Below are positions 1 to 14,469 of a DNA stretch of 64,000 bases, piece by piece (position 1 is the stretch's first letter; each line of letters starts with the position of its first letter). Below the pieces are notes generated by a model that saw only the letters and a program-made list of their open reading frames with translations, did not search any database and was not told the origin of the DNA. The translations under genes were made by a program, and so were the position numbers. This stretch comes from the human T2T-CHM13v2.0 reference genome, Homo sapiens: contig CP086569.2 in assembly GCA_009914755.4 (NCBI GenBank), positions 22,976,001 to 23,040,000 of the forward strand, in the 5' to 3' direction.

Positions 1-2435
1 TGTGACTCCATTCCCGAAAGAGGCTGTGTGCAAGAATTGGGTACCATGGGGATTGGAATGTAGTCTGGTGCATTGTTTAGGGGTCTTTGGGTGATAGAAT
101 CCTACCTGATACCCCAGAGATGGGTGTCAATTAAAAATGACCAGGGCCTTAACCTCAGTGCCTCCCTTCATTCTTGGCCTCATAGGATCTCTCTCGGGTA
201 AGCGGGAACCACACCTCAAACTGGCCTCTTACAGGGGCAGATGAGGTTGAGACAGTGTCTCAGAGGCTGTCTTTGGTGATTGTAACCCTGAAAAGGGTGT
301 CCAGTAGTGCTAGTGACTGGCATGAAAGCAAAAAAATCAAAGCTCGTATGAGAGAAAGAGCTGCCTTGGGCTGGAGTCCAAGCAATGTTCAAAGATTCCT
401 GTCAGAGGGCCCTGAAACCTCCTGCAAAGTGCAAACAACCTCATCCCACAAAATGAGACCAAGACACAGAACCTGGGATGCGGCCAGCCTGCCTGAAGTC
501 CCTTGTGCTCCTTGATATCCCTGTCAGCCAATAAATTTGTGGTGAGAAGTAGCCCCATCCACCAACAGCCCTATAAAAGACCCCCTACACAATGAGAAAG
601 GATGTGCAGATAAAATGAAACAGAGCCGGTATTACCAGGTGAAATACAGACACGGCTGCCTGCTTAACCTTTCGATAAAACCTAGAGAACAAGAGTTTCC
701 TTGTTGGCAGCAGTAACAGGAAGTTACTATTTTAAAATTATCACAGCTGCCCAGTCATTGAAATGTGACAGTGTTTAGAAGGAAACACTCACTCAATGTA
801 TTCCCCTGAGGGTCAACTTCCATGAACTGGGAAATGTTTAGCATGGAAGACATTGAGCCATACCCAAGAATCCATAGGATGATGAGGCACACGTATGTCA
901 GGATATGAAAAGGCAAGTGTGGAGGCCACATCCCACCTTGTATCAATCAATCTCACTGCCATTTTGTTCTGCCTATGAAAGCCCTCAAATCGATAGTTGG
1001 CCAGGGTGGCCGCAGTTTGTACTCCAAATATTCCCTGCACATTGGAGTACTCCCAACTAAACACTGGGCCAAGTTGTGGACTGCTTGTGCAATTAAGGAA
1101 ATGTGGGAATGCTGTTTGAAGCACGTTTTGTGTCATCTGTCTTTATACTTTTGCAGGTGAAGGTGTGGGACCCCATCCACCCCTCATCAGATTGTATCCT
1201 CACGCTATCTGACCTTATTGCTACTCACACTGTATGTCCCAGGATGAAATCTCAAGGTGATGGAGGAGTGAATCCTGATGATGGGAAGTATCTGCTCGGC
1301 TATGAACCAAAATTGAGGTAAATTCGTGGGGCCCTGTGGGCAGGACTGCTAGTGTTTCTCCCTGGGATGGCCACAGAAAAATGACACACTGAAGGATTTC
1401 TGTTCTTGGCTGTGGTGTGCTGCTCATCTTTCTAGAGGGTGGCTTTGTTTTTTTCCAGCGGTTGGTTATGAGGACCCCGCGTGTCACAGCCAGCCTTGCA
1501 ATTCACCGCAGGTTCATAATTCACAGAAAAATAAAGAACAGGGAGGCCTCCAGACCAAGCAGAGCCACACAGATGGGCAAACAAAATGTTGGAAGTCTCA
1601 AATAAAAGAAGCTCTGCAGTGTGTTATCCACATCCCTTTAAGCAGATTCCACTAACAGGTGCATGCGTGTGTGCACGCACGCACACACACACAAAAACAC
1701 ACAAAGCCAAAAAGCCACACCACACCCAGACATCCAACCCTTTTAACACTCCCTCAGAAACAGAGCCTGGCAGCTTCTGAGGCTGTGTGTTTCTGCAGAA
1801 ATCCCCACCTGGGAGAGAGAAACCCCGGCAAACACAGTGGGATCTACCTAGAAATCACAGTTGGGTGAGTTTCAAAAAGACTCAACCCTACATCTAGGCA
1901 GGCCTGAGAAATCCTGCAGATGCTTTTGTAACCTTAGGGACTTTGCAGTTTATTCCTTGGGCTCTGCTTGAAGTTTCTTCACGCTGGCTCACGTCTGCCC
2001 TCTCCTAGGAACATGGATCTATCCTGTGGATCCCCCAGAGAAGACAAGCAAGAGTCCACCACAAGGCACCTCTATGGAGGTCTCCTTCTTGGCCAAGCAG
2101 CTGGGACTTGTAGCTGTGTAAGGGTGACATTCATTGTGATGCTAGCTAGAGCTCACAATCAGGCCTGGTGCCTGGAGACTAGCTCATGCGCATTTGAGGG
2201 CATGCTCAGTGGCCTGGCTTTCACAGCTGTCAGCCTGTGGAAGCAGAAGAAAATGGTACAGGTAGAGCCAGCTGGTAATGGGAAATAGGCTGCCTGTGAT
2301 AACACACTGCGGGACCCTACAAGGCTCGAAATTAGGGTCACTTCGGGCTGTCTCTGTGTTCAGTTCCCACAGGAGTAGGAGGCATTTAGAGACTGTGAGG
2401 TGGTCGCTAAAAACTGCTCTTCTGACTCCCTTTCC
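1..2435 (+). repeat. Macrosatellite unit 1 (full; window starts near the unit boundary)
   Basis: All landmark motifs are present in canonical order. (CA)n-like tract at ~1670-1700. Confidence 0.7.
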
Positions 2436-4118
2436 GAAAGAGGCTGTGTGCAAGAATCAGGTCTTATGGGGATTGGAATGTAGTCTGGTGAGTTGAGGAG
2501 GGGTGTTTGGGTGATGGAATTATACCTGAGACCCTAGAATTGGGTGTCTATGAATGATGGTTGGGCCCTTAACCTCACTGTCTCCCATCATTCTGGACCT
2601 CGCAGGGTCTCTCTGTGAAGCACAGGAACCAAGACAAAGGCAAGTCCAAAATGGAGCAGTGTTCTCAAACCTCAAACTGGCCTCTCATGGGTACAGATAA
2701 GGTTGAGACAGTATCTCAGAGGCCATCTGTGGCCATGGCAAGCCAGAAAAGGGTGTCCAGTAGTGCTGTTGAGGGGCACTGTGGACTTCCCAGGAAAGCA
2801 AAGAAAAATCAAGGTGTGTGTGTGAGAAAAAGATGGCTTGTGCTGGAATCTAAGCAATATTCAAAAATTCCTGTCAGAGAACTCAAAAGCCTCCTTCAAA
2901 GTGCAAACAACCCATAACGAGACAGCGACCCACAACCTGGAGAGGCACTAAACCTACCCAGAGTCCATTTTGCTCACTGAAATCCCTGGCAGCCCATAGA
3001 TCTGTTGTAAGAGGCAGCCCCATCCAGCAACAGCCCAATGAAAGACCACCTCCACAATGAGAAAGGATGTGCAGATGCAATGAAACACAGTGTAGATTAC
3101 CAGAAAAAAGCCAAACATCGCTGCCTGCTTCTCTTCCTACAGGAATCATGCAGCACTCCAATAAAATTTGGAGAGCAAGAGTTTCCTTGTTGGCAGCTGT
3201 AAAAGGAGTTTATGGTTTTAAAATTATCACAGCTGCCCAGTCATTAAAACGTGACAGTGTTTAGAAGGAAACACTGGAAAACCTTTACCGTTGAGCCATC
3301 TGGGAAGATGTTGAGCCAGATCCAGGAAACCCCAGGCTGACAAGGAATATGGAAGACATGAAAAGAAGAGGCAAGTGTGGAGGTCACATCCCACGTTGTA
3401 TCTATAGGTCTCACTTTCATTTGGAGCAGAGTATGAAAGCCCTCAAATTGGGAGTTTGCCAGGATGGCCCGGTTTGCATTTCAAATGTTCTCTGCACATT
3501 GGAGTACTCCCACCTGAACATCAGGCCATAGTGTGGACTACTTGCGTAATTAAGGAAATTTGAGAATGCAGTTGGAATCACTTTCTCTGTCATCTGTCTT
3601 CACATTTTTTGCAATTGGAAGTGTGGGACCCCACCCACTTCTCACCAGATTGCATCCTTACCCCTTCTGACCTTATTGCTGTTCATGTTCTCTTTCCCTA
3701 AATGAAATCCCAAGATGATCTAGGAGTGCCTTCTCAGGATCTGAAGAAACTGCTCAGTTATGAACTGAATTCAAGGTAAATTCAAGGGCCCTGAGGACAT
3801 GAATGCTAGTGTTTCTTCCTGGGATGACCACTGGACAATGGAATACTGAAGGATGTCTGTTATTGCGTGTGTTGTGCTCCTTTTCTTTCTAGAAGAGCAG
3901 CTTTTTTTGGCAGGCAGAGGTGATGTGGACCTTGGTGTCTCACAGCCAGCCTCCCAGTACACTTTGGATTCATGATCCAGAGAAAATTAAAAAACACAGA
4001 GCCCTGCAGCTTAAGCAGAGCCACACAGGCATGTGACCCAAAGGTTGGGAGACTTAAAAAAAAAAATAGTGCTGCAGCGCATTAGCCACATTCCTTTAAG
4101 CAGACTTCACTTACAGGT

Positions 4119-4163
<45 letters not shown>

Positions 4164-4904
4164 AACACACAGTGCTAAAAAAAGCCACACCCATACACAG
4201 ACATCAAAGACTCACAATAATTTTACAGAAACACACCACCCAGCAGTTTCTGAGGCTGTATGGTTCTGCAGGAAGACTTACGTGGGAGACAGCAACTCTG
4301 GGGAACACAAGCGGGGTGCACCTAGAAATCATAGCAGTGTCAGTTTCATAAAGATTCACCTCTACATGTGTAGGCAGGCCTGAGGCATCCTGCAGATCCT
4401 TTTGGAACCTTACAGATTTTGCGGTTTATTCCTGGGGCTTGGCTTGACATATCTTCTGGCTAGCTCACGTCTGTTCTCTCCTAGGATCATGAGACTATCC
4501 TGTGTATCCCACAAAGAAGACAGGCAAGATTCCTTGGCTGATGCACCTCCACAGAGGTCTCCTTCTCAGCCAAGCCTCAGGGAATTGTGGCATTCATGGT
4601 GAGGCTAGCCAGAGCTCACAGCTCAGGCCTGGTGCCCTGAGACTAGCACATGTGCATTCACCAGTGGGCTTGGCACTCGGCAGTCAGAGCTGTCAGCCAG
4701 CCTAAGCCGAGGAAAATGGTACAGGCAAGAGTGGGCCTGGTACTGGGAAAAAAAAATGCTGTATGCAATAACCCACTGTGGAACCCTAAAAGTCTCATAC
4801 TTGGGGCCCCTTTCAGCTGTACCCGTGATCTGTTCCCACTGGAGGAGGAGATGTCTAGACTGTGATGGGGTCTCTGAGAACTGCTCTTCTGACTTTATTC
4901 CTGA
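2436..4904 (+). repeat. Macrosatellite unit 2 (full). Contains a (CA)~21 tract at ~4122-4163
   Basis: Landmark order is conserved. The acceptor of the exon-like module is mutated (gcaa|ttggaag) and the module contains stop codons. Confidence 0.7.
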
Positions 4905-7362
4905 AAGAGGCTGTGTGCAAGAATTGAGTCCCAGGGGGACTGGAATGTTGTCTGGTGAGTTGTGGAGGGTTCTTTGGGTGATAGAATCATACCTGTGACT
5001 CCAGAGGTGGGTGACAGTGAAATATGGCCAGGTTCTTAACCTCACTGCCTCCATTCATCCTGAGTCTTGCAGGGGCTCTTGGTGAAATGGAGGAACCATG
5101 ACAAAGGCAAGTCCAAGGTGGAGCAGTATTCTCACAGCTCTAAGTGGACTCCCACAGGTGCAGGTGAGGATGAGACAGTGTCTCAGAGGACATCTGTGAC
5201 AATTGCAATCCTGAAATGTTTGTCAGGTAGTGCTATTGAAGGGCACTGTGGACCCCCCATGAAAGCAAAGGAAAATCAAGGCTCACATGAGAGAATGAGC
5301 TGCCATGTGCTGTAGTCCAAGCCACGTTTAGAGATTTCTGTCACAGGACCCAAAAGCCTCTTGAAAAGTGCAAACAATCTCAGCCCCCACAAGTAAACCA
5401 TGACCCCAAACCTAAAGTGCAGTCAGCCTACCCAAAGTCCCTTTTGCTCTCTGAAATCCCTGGAAGCCAATAATTCTGTGGTGAGAGGTAGCCTCATCCA
5501 ACAACAGCCCGATGAAAGAGCCCTCCACAATGAAACAAGACAAGCAGATGAAATGAAACAGAGCCTAAATTCCCAGGCAAAAGCCAGGTACAGCTGCCTG
5601 CTTCTCCTACAGGTATCAAGCAGCCCTCTGATAAAAGCTGGATAACAAGAGTTTCTTTGTTGGCTACTGTTACAGAAATTTAGTTTTAAAACTATCGAAA
5701 CTGCCTAGTCATTAAAATCTGACAGTGTTTAAAAGAAAACACTCATGAAATGGATTACTTTGAGGGTCATCTTCCGTGAAGTGGTAAATGGTTAACGTGG
5801 AAGATGTGGAGCCAGGCCCAGGAGAACTTAGGCCGATGAGGTACATGGAAGTCAGGAAAAAAGAGACAAGTGTGGTGGCCACATCAAACCTCACGTGAAA
5901 TGATCTCACTTCCATTTAGCTCCTGGTATGATAGTCCTCAAATAGGGAGTTTGCCAGGATGGCTCCAGTTTGCACTCCAAACATTCCCTGCACATTGTGG
6001 TGCTCTCAACTGTACACCAGGCCATGGTATGGACTTGCTTGTGTAATTAAGGAAATGTGGGGATACAGTTGGAAGCACATTCTGTGACATCTATCTTCAC
6101 ATTTTTTGCAGGTGAATGTGTGGGACCGCATCCACCCCTCACCAGCTTGTATCCTCACCTTTATCTGATGTTATGGCTGCTCAAAGTATCTGTCCCAAAA
6201 TGAAATTCCAAGACAATGAAGGAGTGACGTGAAGGTCCTGCTCAGCTAGGAACTGAATATGAAGTAAATTCAAGGGGCCCTGAGGACTGGACTGCTAGTG
6301 TTTCTCCATGGGATGTACACTGGAGAATAAAGCAGTGAAATATTTCTGTTCCTGGGTTTGATGTGCTCCTCTTCTTTCTAGAAGAGTGGCTTTTTTTTTT
6401 CCTCAGGGGGAGGTTATTTGGACCTGGCAGGTCTCAGCCAGCCTCTCAATTTACAGCGGATTCATGATCTGCAGAAAAATAAAGAACATGGAACCCAGCA
6501 GCCCAAGAAAAGCCACAAAGACAGACCACCAAAAGGCTGGGAGACTCAAAAACAAGAAAGCGCTGCAGTGTGTTAGCCACATTTTTTTAAGCAGATTCCA
6601 CTTACAGGCATGCACACAAACAGGGAAACACACACACAAATGCAGACATCCAACACTCACAACACTCCCACAGAAACACACTCCTGGCAGCTTCTGAAGC
6701 TGTGTGGTTCTGCAGGAAGCCCCATGTGGGAGAGAGCAATCCCGGGGAACACAGGCATGCTGTATGTAGAAATCACAGTGGGACCAATTTCAAAATACTC
6801 ACCCCTACAACATCTAGGCAGGCCTGAAGCATCCTGCAGATCCTTTAGGATTGTTAGGGAATTCACGGATTATTCCTGCGGCTCTGCTTGAGGCTTCTTA
6901 ATGCTGGCTTACATCTGCCCTCTCACCCTCTCCTAGGATCATGGGACTCTCCCGAGGATTCCACAGAGAAGAGACCACAGTCCACCATGATGCATCTTCA
7001 CGGAGGTCTCCTTCTCTGCCAAGCCTCAGGGACTTTTCACTAGGCAAAGAGTTATTGATTGTGATGCAAGCCAAAGATCACAGCTCAGGGGTGGTGCCCT
7101 GAGGCTAGCAGATGCACATTCGCAAGGCAGGCCCAGGGGCTCAGCTGTCAGAGCAGCCATTCTGCCTAAGCAAAGGAAAATGGTATAGGCAGAGCCGGCC
7201 TCATATCAGGAGAAAGGCTGCCTGTGATAACCAACTGGGGGACCCTAAATAAGTCAACCTTAGGACCCCTTCCATCCATCTCCTTGGTCGGGTCCCACTG
7301 GAGGAAGAGGTGTTTTGAGACTGTTAGGCTGTCATGCAAAACTGCTCTTTTGACTTCATTCT
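4905..7362 (+). repeat. Macrosatellite unit 3 (full)
   Basis: Landmark order is conserved. Exon-like module at ~6113-6270. Confidence 0.7.
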
Positions 7363-9015
7363 TGAAAGAGGCTATTTGTAAGAATCAGGTCCCATAGGGA
7401 TTGGAATAGAGTCTGGTGAGTTGTTGAGGGGTCTTTGTGTCATGGAATCATAAGTGAGACCCCAGAGGTGGTTGTCAGTGAAATATGGCCAAACCCCTGT
7501 CCTCACTGCCTCTCTTCATTCTGGGTCCCCCAGGGGCTCTCTGGGAAAGGCATAAACCACAACAAATGCAAGTCTAAGATGGATCAGAGTTCTCACACCT
7601 TGAACTTCCCTCTCAGGGATGCAGATGAGGTTGACACATTGTCTTAGAGGCTGTCTGTGGCTATTGCAAGCCTGAAAACTGCGTCCAATAGTGCCGTTGT
7701 GGGGCAATGGCGACACCCCATGAAAGCACAAAAAACTCAAGGCTCACCCGAGAGAATGAGCTGACTTTTGCTGGAGTCCAAGCAACATTCAGATACTCCT
7801 GTCAGAGTACCTAAAAGCTTCCTCAGAAGTGCAAACAACCTCAGCCTCCACAATGAGACAACGACCCACAACCTGAAGTGCAGCCAGCCTACCTGAAGGC
7901 CATTTTGCTCCCTAAAATCGCTGGCAGCCAAAAGATCTGTGGTGAGTGGCAGTCGCATCCAGCAATGGCTGAATGACCCTCTCCACAATGAGAAAGGACC
8001 TACAGTGGAAATGAAACAGACCACAGATTACCAGGCAAAAGCCAGACATGACTGCATGCTTCTCATCCTATGGGAATCATGCACCCATCCGACAGAAGAG
8101 GGAGAACAAGAGTTTCCCTGTTGGTGTCAGTAACAGGAATTTATGGTTTTAAATGTATTACAGATGCCCAGTCATTAAATTGTGACAGTGTAATCTGTCT
8201 TCACCATTTTTGCAGGCGAATATGCATGACTCCAACCACCCCTTACCAGACTGTATCTTCAAACCTATGTGACCTTATTACTGCTCGTACTCTGTGTCCA
8301 AGAATAAAATCCCAAGACAATGGAGGATTGTCCCATTGTGATGAAAAGCACGTGTTCAGCTGGGAATCAAATTTGCGGTAGATTCAAGGGGCCCTGAGAA
8401 CAGGACTGCCAGTGTCTCTCCCTGGGTTTGCTGCAGAACATGAAACACTGGGAGATGTCTGCTCTTGGGTGTGGTTTGCTATTCTTCTTCCTAGAAGAGG
8501 GTTTTGTTTTGTTTTGTTTTTTGCAGTGGGACATAATTTAACTTTGGCATGTCTCAGCCAATCTCCCAGTTCACTGTGGATTCATGATCCACACAAAAAA
8601 ATGAAGAAGTTGTAATCCCATAGACCAAGCAAGGCCACACAGACAGGCCACCAAAAGTTAGGAGTCTCAAAAATAAGAAGTGCTTTAGGGCAATAGCCAC
8701 ATTCCTTTAAGAGATTCCACTTACAGGCACACAGATACACACACACACACACACCCCAACACTCACAACACTCCCACAGAAACACACAGCCCAGCAGCTT
8801 CTGAGGCTGCATGGTTCTGCAGGAAGCCCCACCTGGAAGAGACAATGCCTAAGGAACACAGGCTGGCTGAAACTAGAAATCACAGTGTGGCAAGTTTCAA
8901 AAAGACTAACTGCTACAATGTCTAGGAAGGCCTGAGGCCTTTTTCAGATCCTTTTGGATCCTTAGGGATTTCACAGTTTATTCCTGGGGCTCTGCTTGAT
9001 GTTTCTTTAGGCTGG
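7363..9015 (+). repeat. Macrosatellite unit 4a (internally deleted; lacks segments E-G and O-P)
   Basis: At ~8195 the 'tgacagtgt' landmark joins directly to the exon-like module 'tttttgcaggcgaatatgcatgac'. At ~9015 landmark N ('gctggcttgcac') is fused to the E/F region ('ccagcatcaatcgattccactttcatttggct'). Confidence 0.6.
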
Positions 9016-9539
9016 CTTGCACCCAGCATCAATCGATTCCACTTTCATTTGGCTACAGCAATGAAAGCCCTCAAATCAGGAGTTTGCCAGGATGGCCCCA
9101 ATTTGCACTCCCAATCTTCCTTGCATGTTGGAGGACTCCCACTTGAACAGCGGGCCTTGGTGTGGACTGCGTGTGCAATTAAGGAATGTGGGGATGGAGT
9201 TGGAAGCATCTTCTGTGTCATCCGTCCTCTTCTTCTTTTTTTTTTTTTTTTTGCAAGTGAAGTTGCAGGACCCCATCCGCCCCTCTCCAGATTGTATCCT
9301 CACTCCATCTGACCTTATTGATTCTCACACTATATGTCCTACAATGAAATCCCAAGATGATGGAGCAGTGCCCCCTCATGACATGAAGCACCTGCTAGGC
9401 TGGGAACCAAATTTGAGGTAAATTCAAAAGGCCTGCAGATGAGACTGCTAGTGTGCTCCCTGGGTTTCCCACAGGACAATGAATCTCTGGGAGACATCTG
9501 TTTTTTGGGTGTGGTGTGCTCATCTTCTTTCTAAAAGGG

Positions 9540-9579
<40 letters not shown>

Positions 9580-10558
9580 ATGGGGAGGTGATTTGGATGT
9601 TGGCATGCCTTGGCCCAACTCCCAGTTCTTTTTGAATTAGTGATCCACAGAAAAATAAAGAACACTGAGCCCTGCAGCCCAAGCAGAGCCACACAGACAT
9701 GTCAACAAAAGGTTGGGAGACTCAAAAAAAAAAAAAAAAAGAAGGACTGAAGTTCTTTAGCCACATTCCTTTAAGCACACTCTACTTACAGGCACACACA
9801 GACATACACATAGACACACAAACCCAAAATAACACACACACACACGCAAACATCTATCACTCACAACTTTATCACAGAAACACACAGCTCAGCAGCTCCT
9901 GAGGCTGCTTGGTTCTGCAGAAAGCCCCACCTGGGAGAGAACAACCCTGGGGAACACAGGTGGGATGTACCAAGAAATCAGAAAGGGCCAAATTTCAACA
10001 AGAGTCATTCCTACATCTAGGCAGGCCTGAGGAAACCTGCAGATCACTTTGGATCGTTATGGATTTCACAGTTTATTCCTAGGGCTGTGCTTGACATTTC
10101 TTCAGGCTGGCTCATGTCTACAGTCTCCTAGGATCAGAGGAATATCCAGGGGATCCTACGGAGAAGATAGGGGAGAGTCCACCCCCAATGCTCCTCCGTG
10201 GAGGTCTCCTTCTCCGCCAAGCTGCAGGGACTTGAGAGTAGGCAATGGCAAAGTTCATTGAGACACTAGCCATAGCTCACAGTTAGGCCTGGTGCCCTGA
10301 GACTAGCACATGTGCATTTGTGAGGCAGGCTTGGGAACCTGTGTGTCAGAGCTGTCAGCCTGCCTAAGCAGAGGAAAATGGTACAGCCAGAGCTGGCCTG
10401 GTATCGGGAAAAAGGCTGCCTGTGAAAACCCACTGTGGGATCTCAAAATGCTCAACCTCAGGGCGCTTTTGGTGGATCTCCATTGTCAAGTTCCACTGGA
10501 GAAGAAGGCGTTTTGAGACTGTGAGATAGTCGATGGAAACTGCTTTTCTGACTCTATT
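9016..10558 (+). repeat. Macrosatellite partial unit 4b (segments E to P only). Together with 4a it makes the 3.2-kb spacing 7363->10559
   Basis: Second exon-like module at ~9253-9418. Poly-T tract of ~33 nt at 9545-9577. Poly-A at 9725-9741. Confidence 0.6.
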
Positions 10559-13029
10559 TCTGAAAGGGCTGTTTGCAGGAATCAGGTCCCATTGGGATTG
10601 GAATACTGTCTGGTTTGTTTTTGAGGGTTCCTCAGATGACAGAATCACATCTGATACCCCAGAGTTGGATGTCTGCAAAAGATGTCTGGGATTTTGACCT
10701 TCCTTCCTCCCTTTATTCTATGCCTTACAAAGGCTCTTTGAGAAAGGCAGGAACCAGAAGAGAGGCAAGTCCAAGGTAAAGCAGTGTTCTCACACCTCAG
10801 ACAGGAGGCTCACGGGTGCAGATGAGGTTGAGACAGTGTCTCAGTGGCAGTCTGTGGTGATGGCAAGCCTGAACAAGCCTGGACGGTAGTGCTGTTGAGG
10901 GGCACTGTGGATTCCCCATGAAATGAAACAAACAAAAAAATCAATGCTCGCCTGAGAGAACGAGCTGCCTTGTGCTGGAGTCCAAGCAATGTTCAATGCT
11001 TCCTGTCAGAGGACCCAACACCCTCCAGCAAAGTGAAAACCACCTCATCCCACACAACCAGAAAACAACCCACAACCTAAAGCACAGCCAGCCTACACGA
11101 AGTCCCTCTTTCTCTCTTAAATAGCTGGCAGCTAAATAATCTGTGGCAGGAGGAAGTCACATCCGACAAAAGCCCAATGAAAGAGACCATCCACAATGAG
11201 GAGGCCAAGCAGATAAAATAAAACAGAGGCTTGACTGCCAGGCAAAAGCTAGACATGACTGCCTGCTTCTTATCCCACAGGAATCAAGCAGCCCTCTGAT
11301 AGAAGTGGGAGAACAAGGGTTTCCTTGTTGGTGGCTGTAACAGGAATTCATGGTTTTAAATGTCAAAACTGCCAAGTCATTAAAATGTGAGTGTTTAGAA
11401 GGAAACCCTCATGCAGTGGATTCCATAAGGGTCTCTCTTCATGAACTGGGAAACATTTAGTGTGGAAGTCCTTGACCCAGACACAGCAAACTCTAGGCCG
11501 ATGAGGTACATGAATGTCAAAAAAAGAAGAGGCAAGTGTGAAGGTCCACATCCCACGCAATGTCAATCCATTCCACTTACATTTGGCTCCAATTATGAAA
11601 GCCCTCAAATCAGGAGTTTGCCAGGATATCCCCAATTTGCACTCCAGGTGTTCCTTGCACGTTGGAGTACTCCCACTTGAACAATAGGCCATGGTGTGGA
11701 CTGCTTGTGCAATTAAGGGAATGAGGGGATTGTGTTGGAAGCAATCTGTGTCATCTGTCTTCATTTTTATTGCAAGTGAAGTTGCAGGACCCATCTACTC
11801 CTTACCAGATTGGATCCTCCACCCTGTCTGACCTTACTGCTGCCCACACTCTGTGTTCCAGGATGAAATCACAAAACTATGAAGGAGTTCCCCACAACGA
11901 TGTGAAGCACCTCCTCAGCTGTCAACTGAATTCAAGGTAAATACAATCAGCTCTGCAGACAGGACTGCTAGTGTCTCTACCTGGGTTGGCTGCAGGACAA
12001 TGAAACACTGGAAGATGCCTGTTTTTCGGTGTGGTGTGCTCCTCTTCTTTCCAGAAGAGTGGCTTTGTTTTTACAGTGGGAGTTTATTTGGATGCCAGCG
12101 GGACTTGGCAAGCTCCCAACTGTGGATTCATGATCCACAGAAAAATAAAGAACACACAGCCCAAGCAGACCCACACAAACAGGCCACCAAAAGGTGTTGA
12201 GACTCAAATAAAGTAGCACTGAATTGGGTTATCCACATTTCTTTAAGCAGACTCTACTTACAGGCACAAACACACACACACACAACACAAACACACAGTG
12301 CCACACACACACATGCAGACATCCAACACTCGCAACACTCCCACAGAAACACACAGTGATGCAGCTCCAGAGGCTGCATCATTCTGCAGGAAGCTCCACC
12401 TAGGAGAGAGCAACCCTAGGAACAGAGGTGTGCTGTGCCTAGAAATCACAGAGGGGAACGTTTCAAAAACACTGACCCCTGCAATGTGTAGGTAGGCCTG
12501 AATAATCGTGTGGATACTTTTGGATCCTTAGGGACTTTGTGGTTTATTCCTGTGGCTGTGCTTGATGTTTCCTCAGGCTGGTTCACATCTGCCCTCTCCT
12601 AGGATTATGGAACTCTCCCGTGGATCCACAGAAAAGACAGGCGAGAGTCCACCATGGACACACCTCCACAGAGGTCTCCTTCATTGACAAGTCGCAGGAA
12701 CTTGTTGCTAGGCAACGGTGACATTAATTGTGATGATAGCCAGAGCTCACAATCAGGAATGATGCCCTGAGACTAGCTCATGCGCATTCATGAGGCGGCC
12801 TTGGGCACCTGGCTCTCAGAGCTGTCAGCCTTCCTTAGCCGAGGAAAATGCTACAAGCAGACCTAGCCTGGTATCAGAAAAGGGATGCCCGCAAAACCAC
12901 TGGGGGACAGTAAAAGTCTTGACCTCACATCCCATTCAGGCCATCTCTGTGGTCAGGTCCCGCCAAAGGAGGAAGCATATCAATACTGTGAGGTGGTCTG
13001 TGGAAACTACTCTTCTGTCTCCCTTTTTG
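10559..13029 (+). repeat. Macrosatellite unit 5 (full)
   Basis: Landmarks are in order. Exon-like module at ~11775-11938. (CA)n at ~12265-12320. Confidence 0.7.
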
Positions 13030-14181
13030 ACAGAGGGTGTGTGCAAGAATCGGGTCAGGTGGAGATTGGAATAAAGTCTGATGTGTTGTTGACGGTTCTT
13101 TCGATGATAGAATCATACCTGAAGCCCCATGGGCTGGTGTCAGTGAAAGATGGCCGGGCCCTTGACGTCACTGCCTCCCTTCATCCTGAGCCTCTGAGGG
13201 GCTCTGTGGGAAAGGCAGGAGCCACAGCAAAGGGAAGTCCAAGGTGGAGCACAATTCTCACAACTTGGACTGACCTCTCACAGGTGAAGATGAGGTTGAG
13301 ATCAGTGTCTCAGGGGCCGTCTGTGGTGATGGCAAGCCTAAAAAGGGTGTCCAGTAGTGCTGATAAGGGGCACTGTGGATTCCCCAAGAAAGCAAACAAA
13401 CATTAAAGCTCACCTGAGAGAATGAGTTGTCTTGTGCTGGAGTCCAAGCAATGTTCAATGATTCCTGTCAGAGGACCCAAAATGCTCCTGCAAACTGCAA
13501 GCAACCTCAGTCCCCCAAACAAGACCATAAACCACAAACTTGAGCACAACCAGCCTCCACAAAGTCCCTTTTGCTCTCTGAAATCCCTGCTAGCTAAATA
13601 ATCTGCGGCAAGAGGCAGTCCCATCCAGCAACAGTTCAAGAACCCCCCTCCACAATGAGAAGGCCATGCAGATGAAATGAAACAGAGGCTAGATTACCAG
13701 GTAAAAACCCACACATGGTTGCCTGCTTCTCATCCTACAGTAGTCATGCAGCCCTCTAATCGAAGTGGGAGAACAAGAGTTTTCTTGTTGGCGGGTTTAA
13801 TGGGAATTTATGGTTTTAAAAGTATTAAAGGTGACCAGTCATTAAAATGTTACAGTGTTTAGAAGGGAACAATCACCCAGTGGATTCCCATGATGGCCAT
13901 TCTCTATGAACCGGGTAACCTTTCGTGTGGAAGTCATTGAGCGAGACCCAGGAAACCCTAGGCTGATGAGGAACATGAAATTCAGGAAAGGAAGAGGGAT
14001 ATCTGGAGGCAATATCACATCCAGCATCAATCCATTCGACTTCTATTTGACTCTGGGTATGAAAGCTTTAAATCAGGAGTTTGCCAAGGTTGCCCCAATT
14101 TGCACTCCAAGTGTTCCTTCCACGTTGATGTACTCCCATCTGAACATATGGCAATGGAGTTTGAAACACCTTCTGTTTCAT

Positions 14182-14213
<32 letters not shown>

Positions 14214-14469
14214 TGCATGTGAAAGTGTGGGACACTATCCACTGCTTACCAGATTGTATCCTCACCCTTATCTGACCTCATTGCTGCTCACACTCTATGT
14301 CTCAGGATGAAATCCCAAGAAAATAGAGGAGTAACCCCTCATGATGTGAAGCATCTGCTCAGCTGTGAATTGAATTTGAAGTAAATTCATGAGGACCTGA
14401 GGACAAGACTGCTAGTGTGTCTCCCTGTGTTGGCCACACGGAAATGAAACACTGGGAGATGTCTGTTTT
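13030..14469 (+). repeat. Macrosatellite unit 6 (3'-truncated; lacks segments J-P)
   Basis: After the donor motif at ~14388, 'ctgttttttggtg' is joined directly to the unit-start motif 'gaaagaatctgatttcatgggtattgg' at ~14470. Confidence 0.6.

Noticed and set aside
12885-13406. 173-aa ORF and many 60-110-aa ORFs inside the macrosatellite units.
   Set aside because: They are not conserved between units: the frames are broken in most copies. The exception is the ~161-nt exon-like module, which is reported separately.
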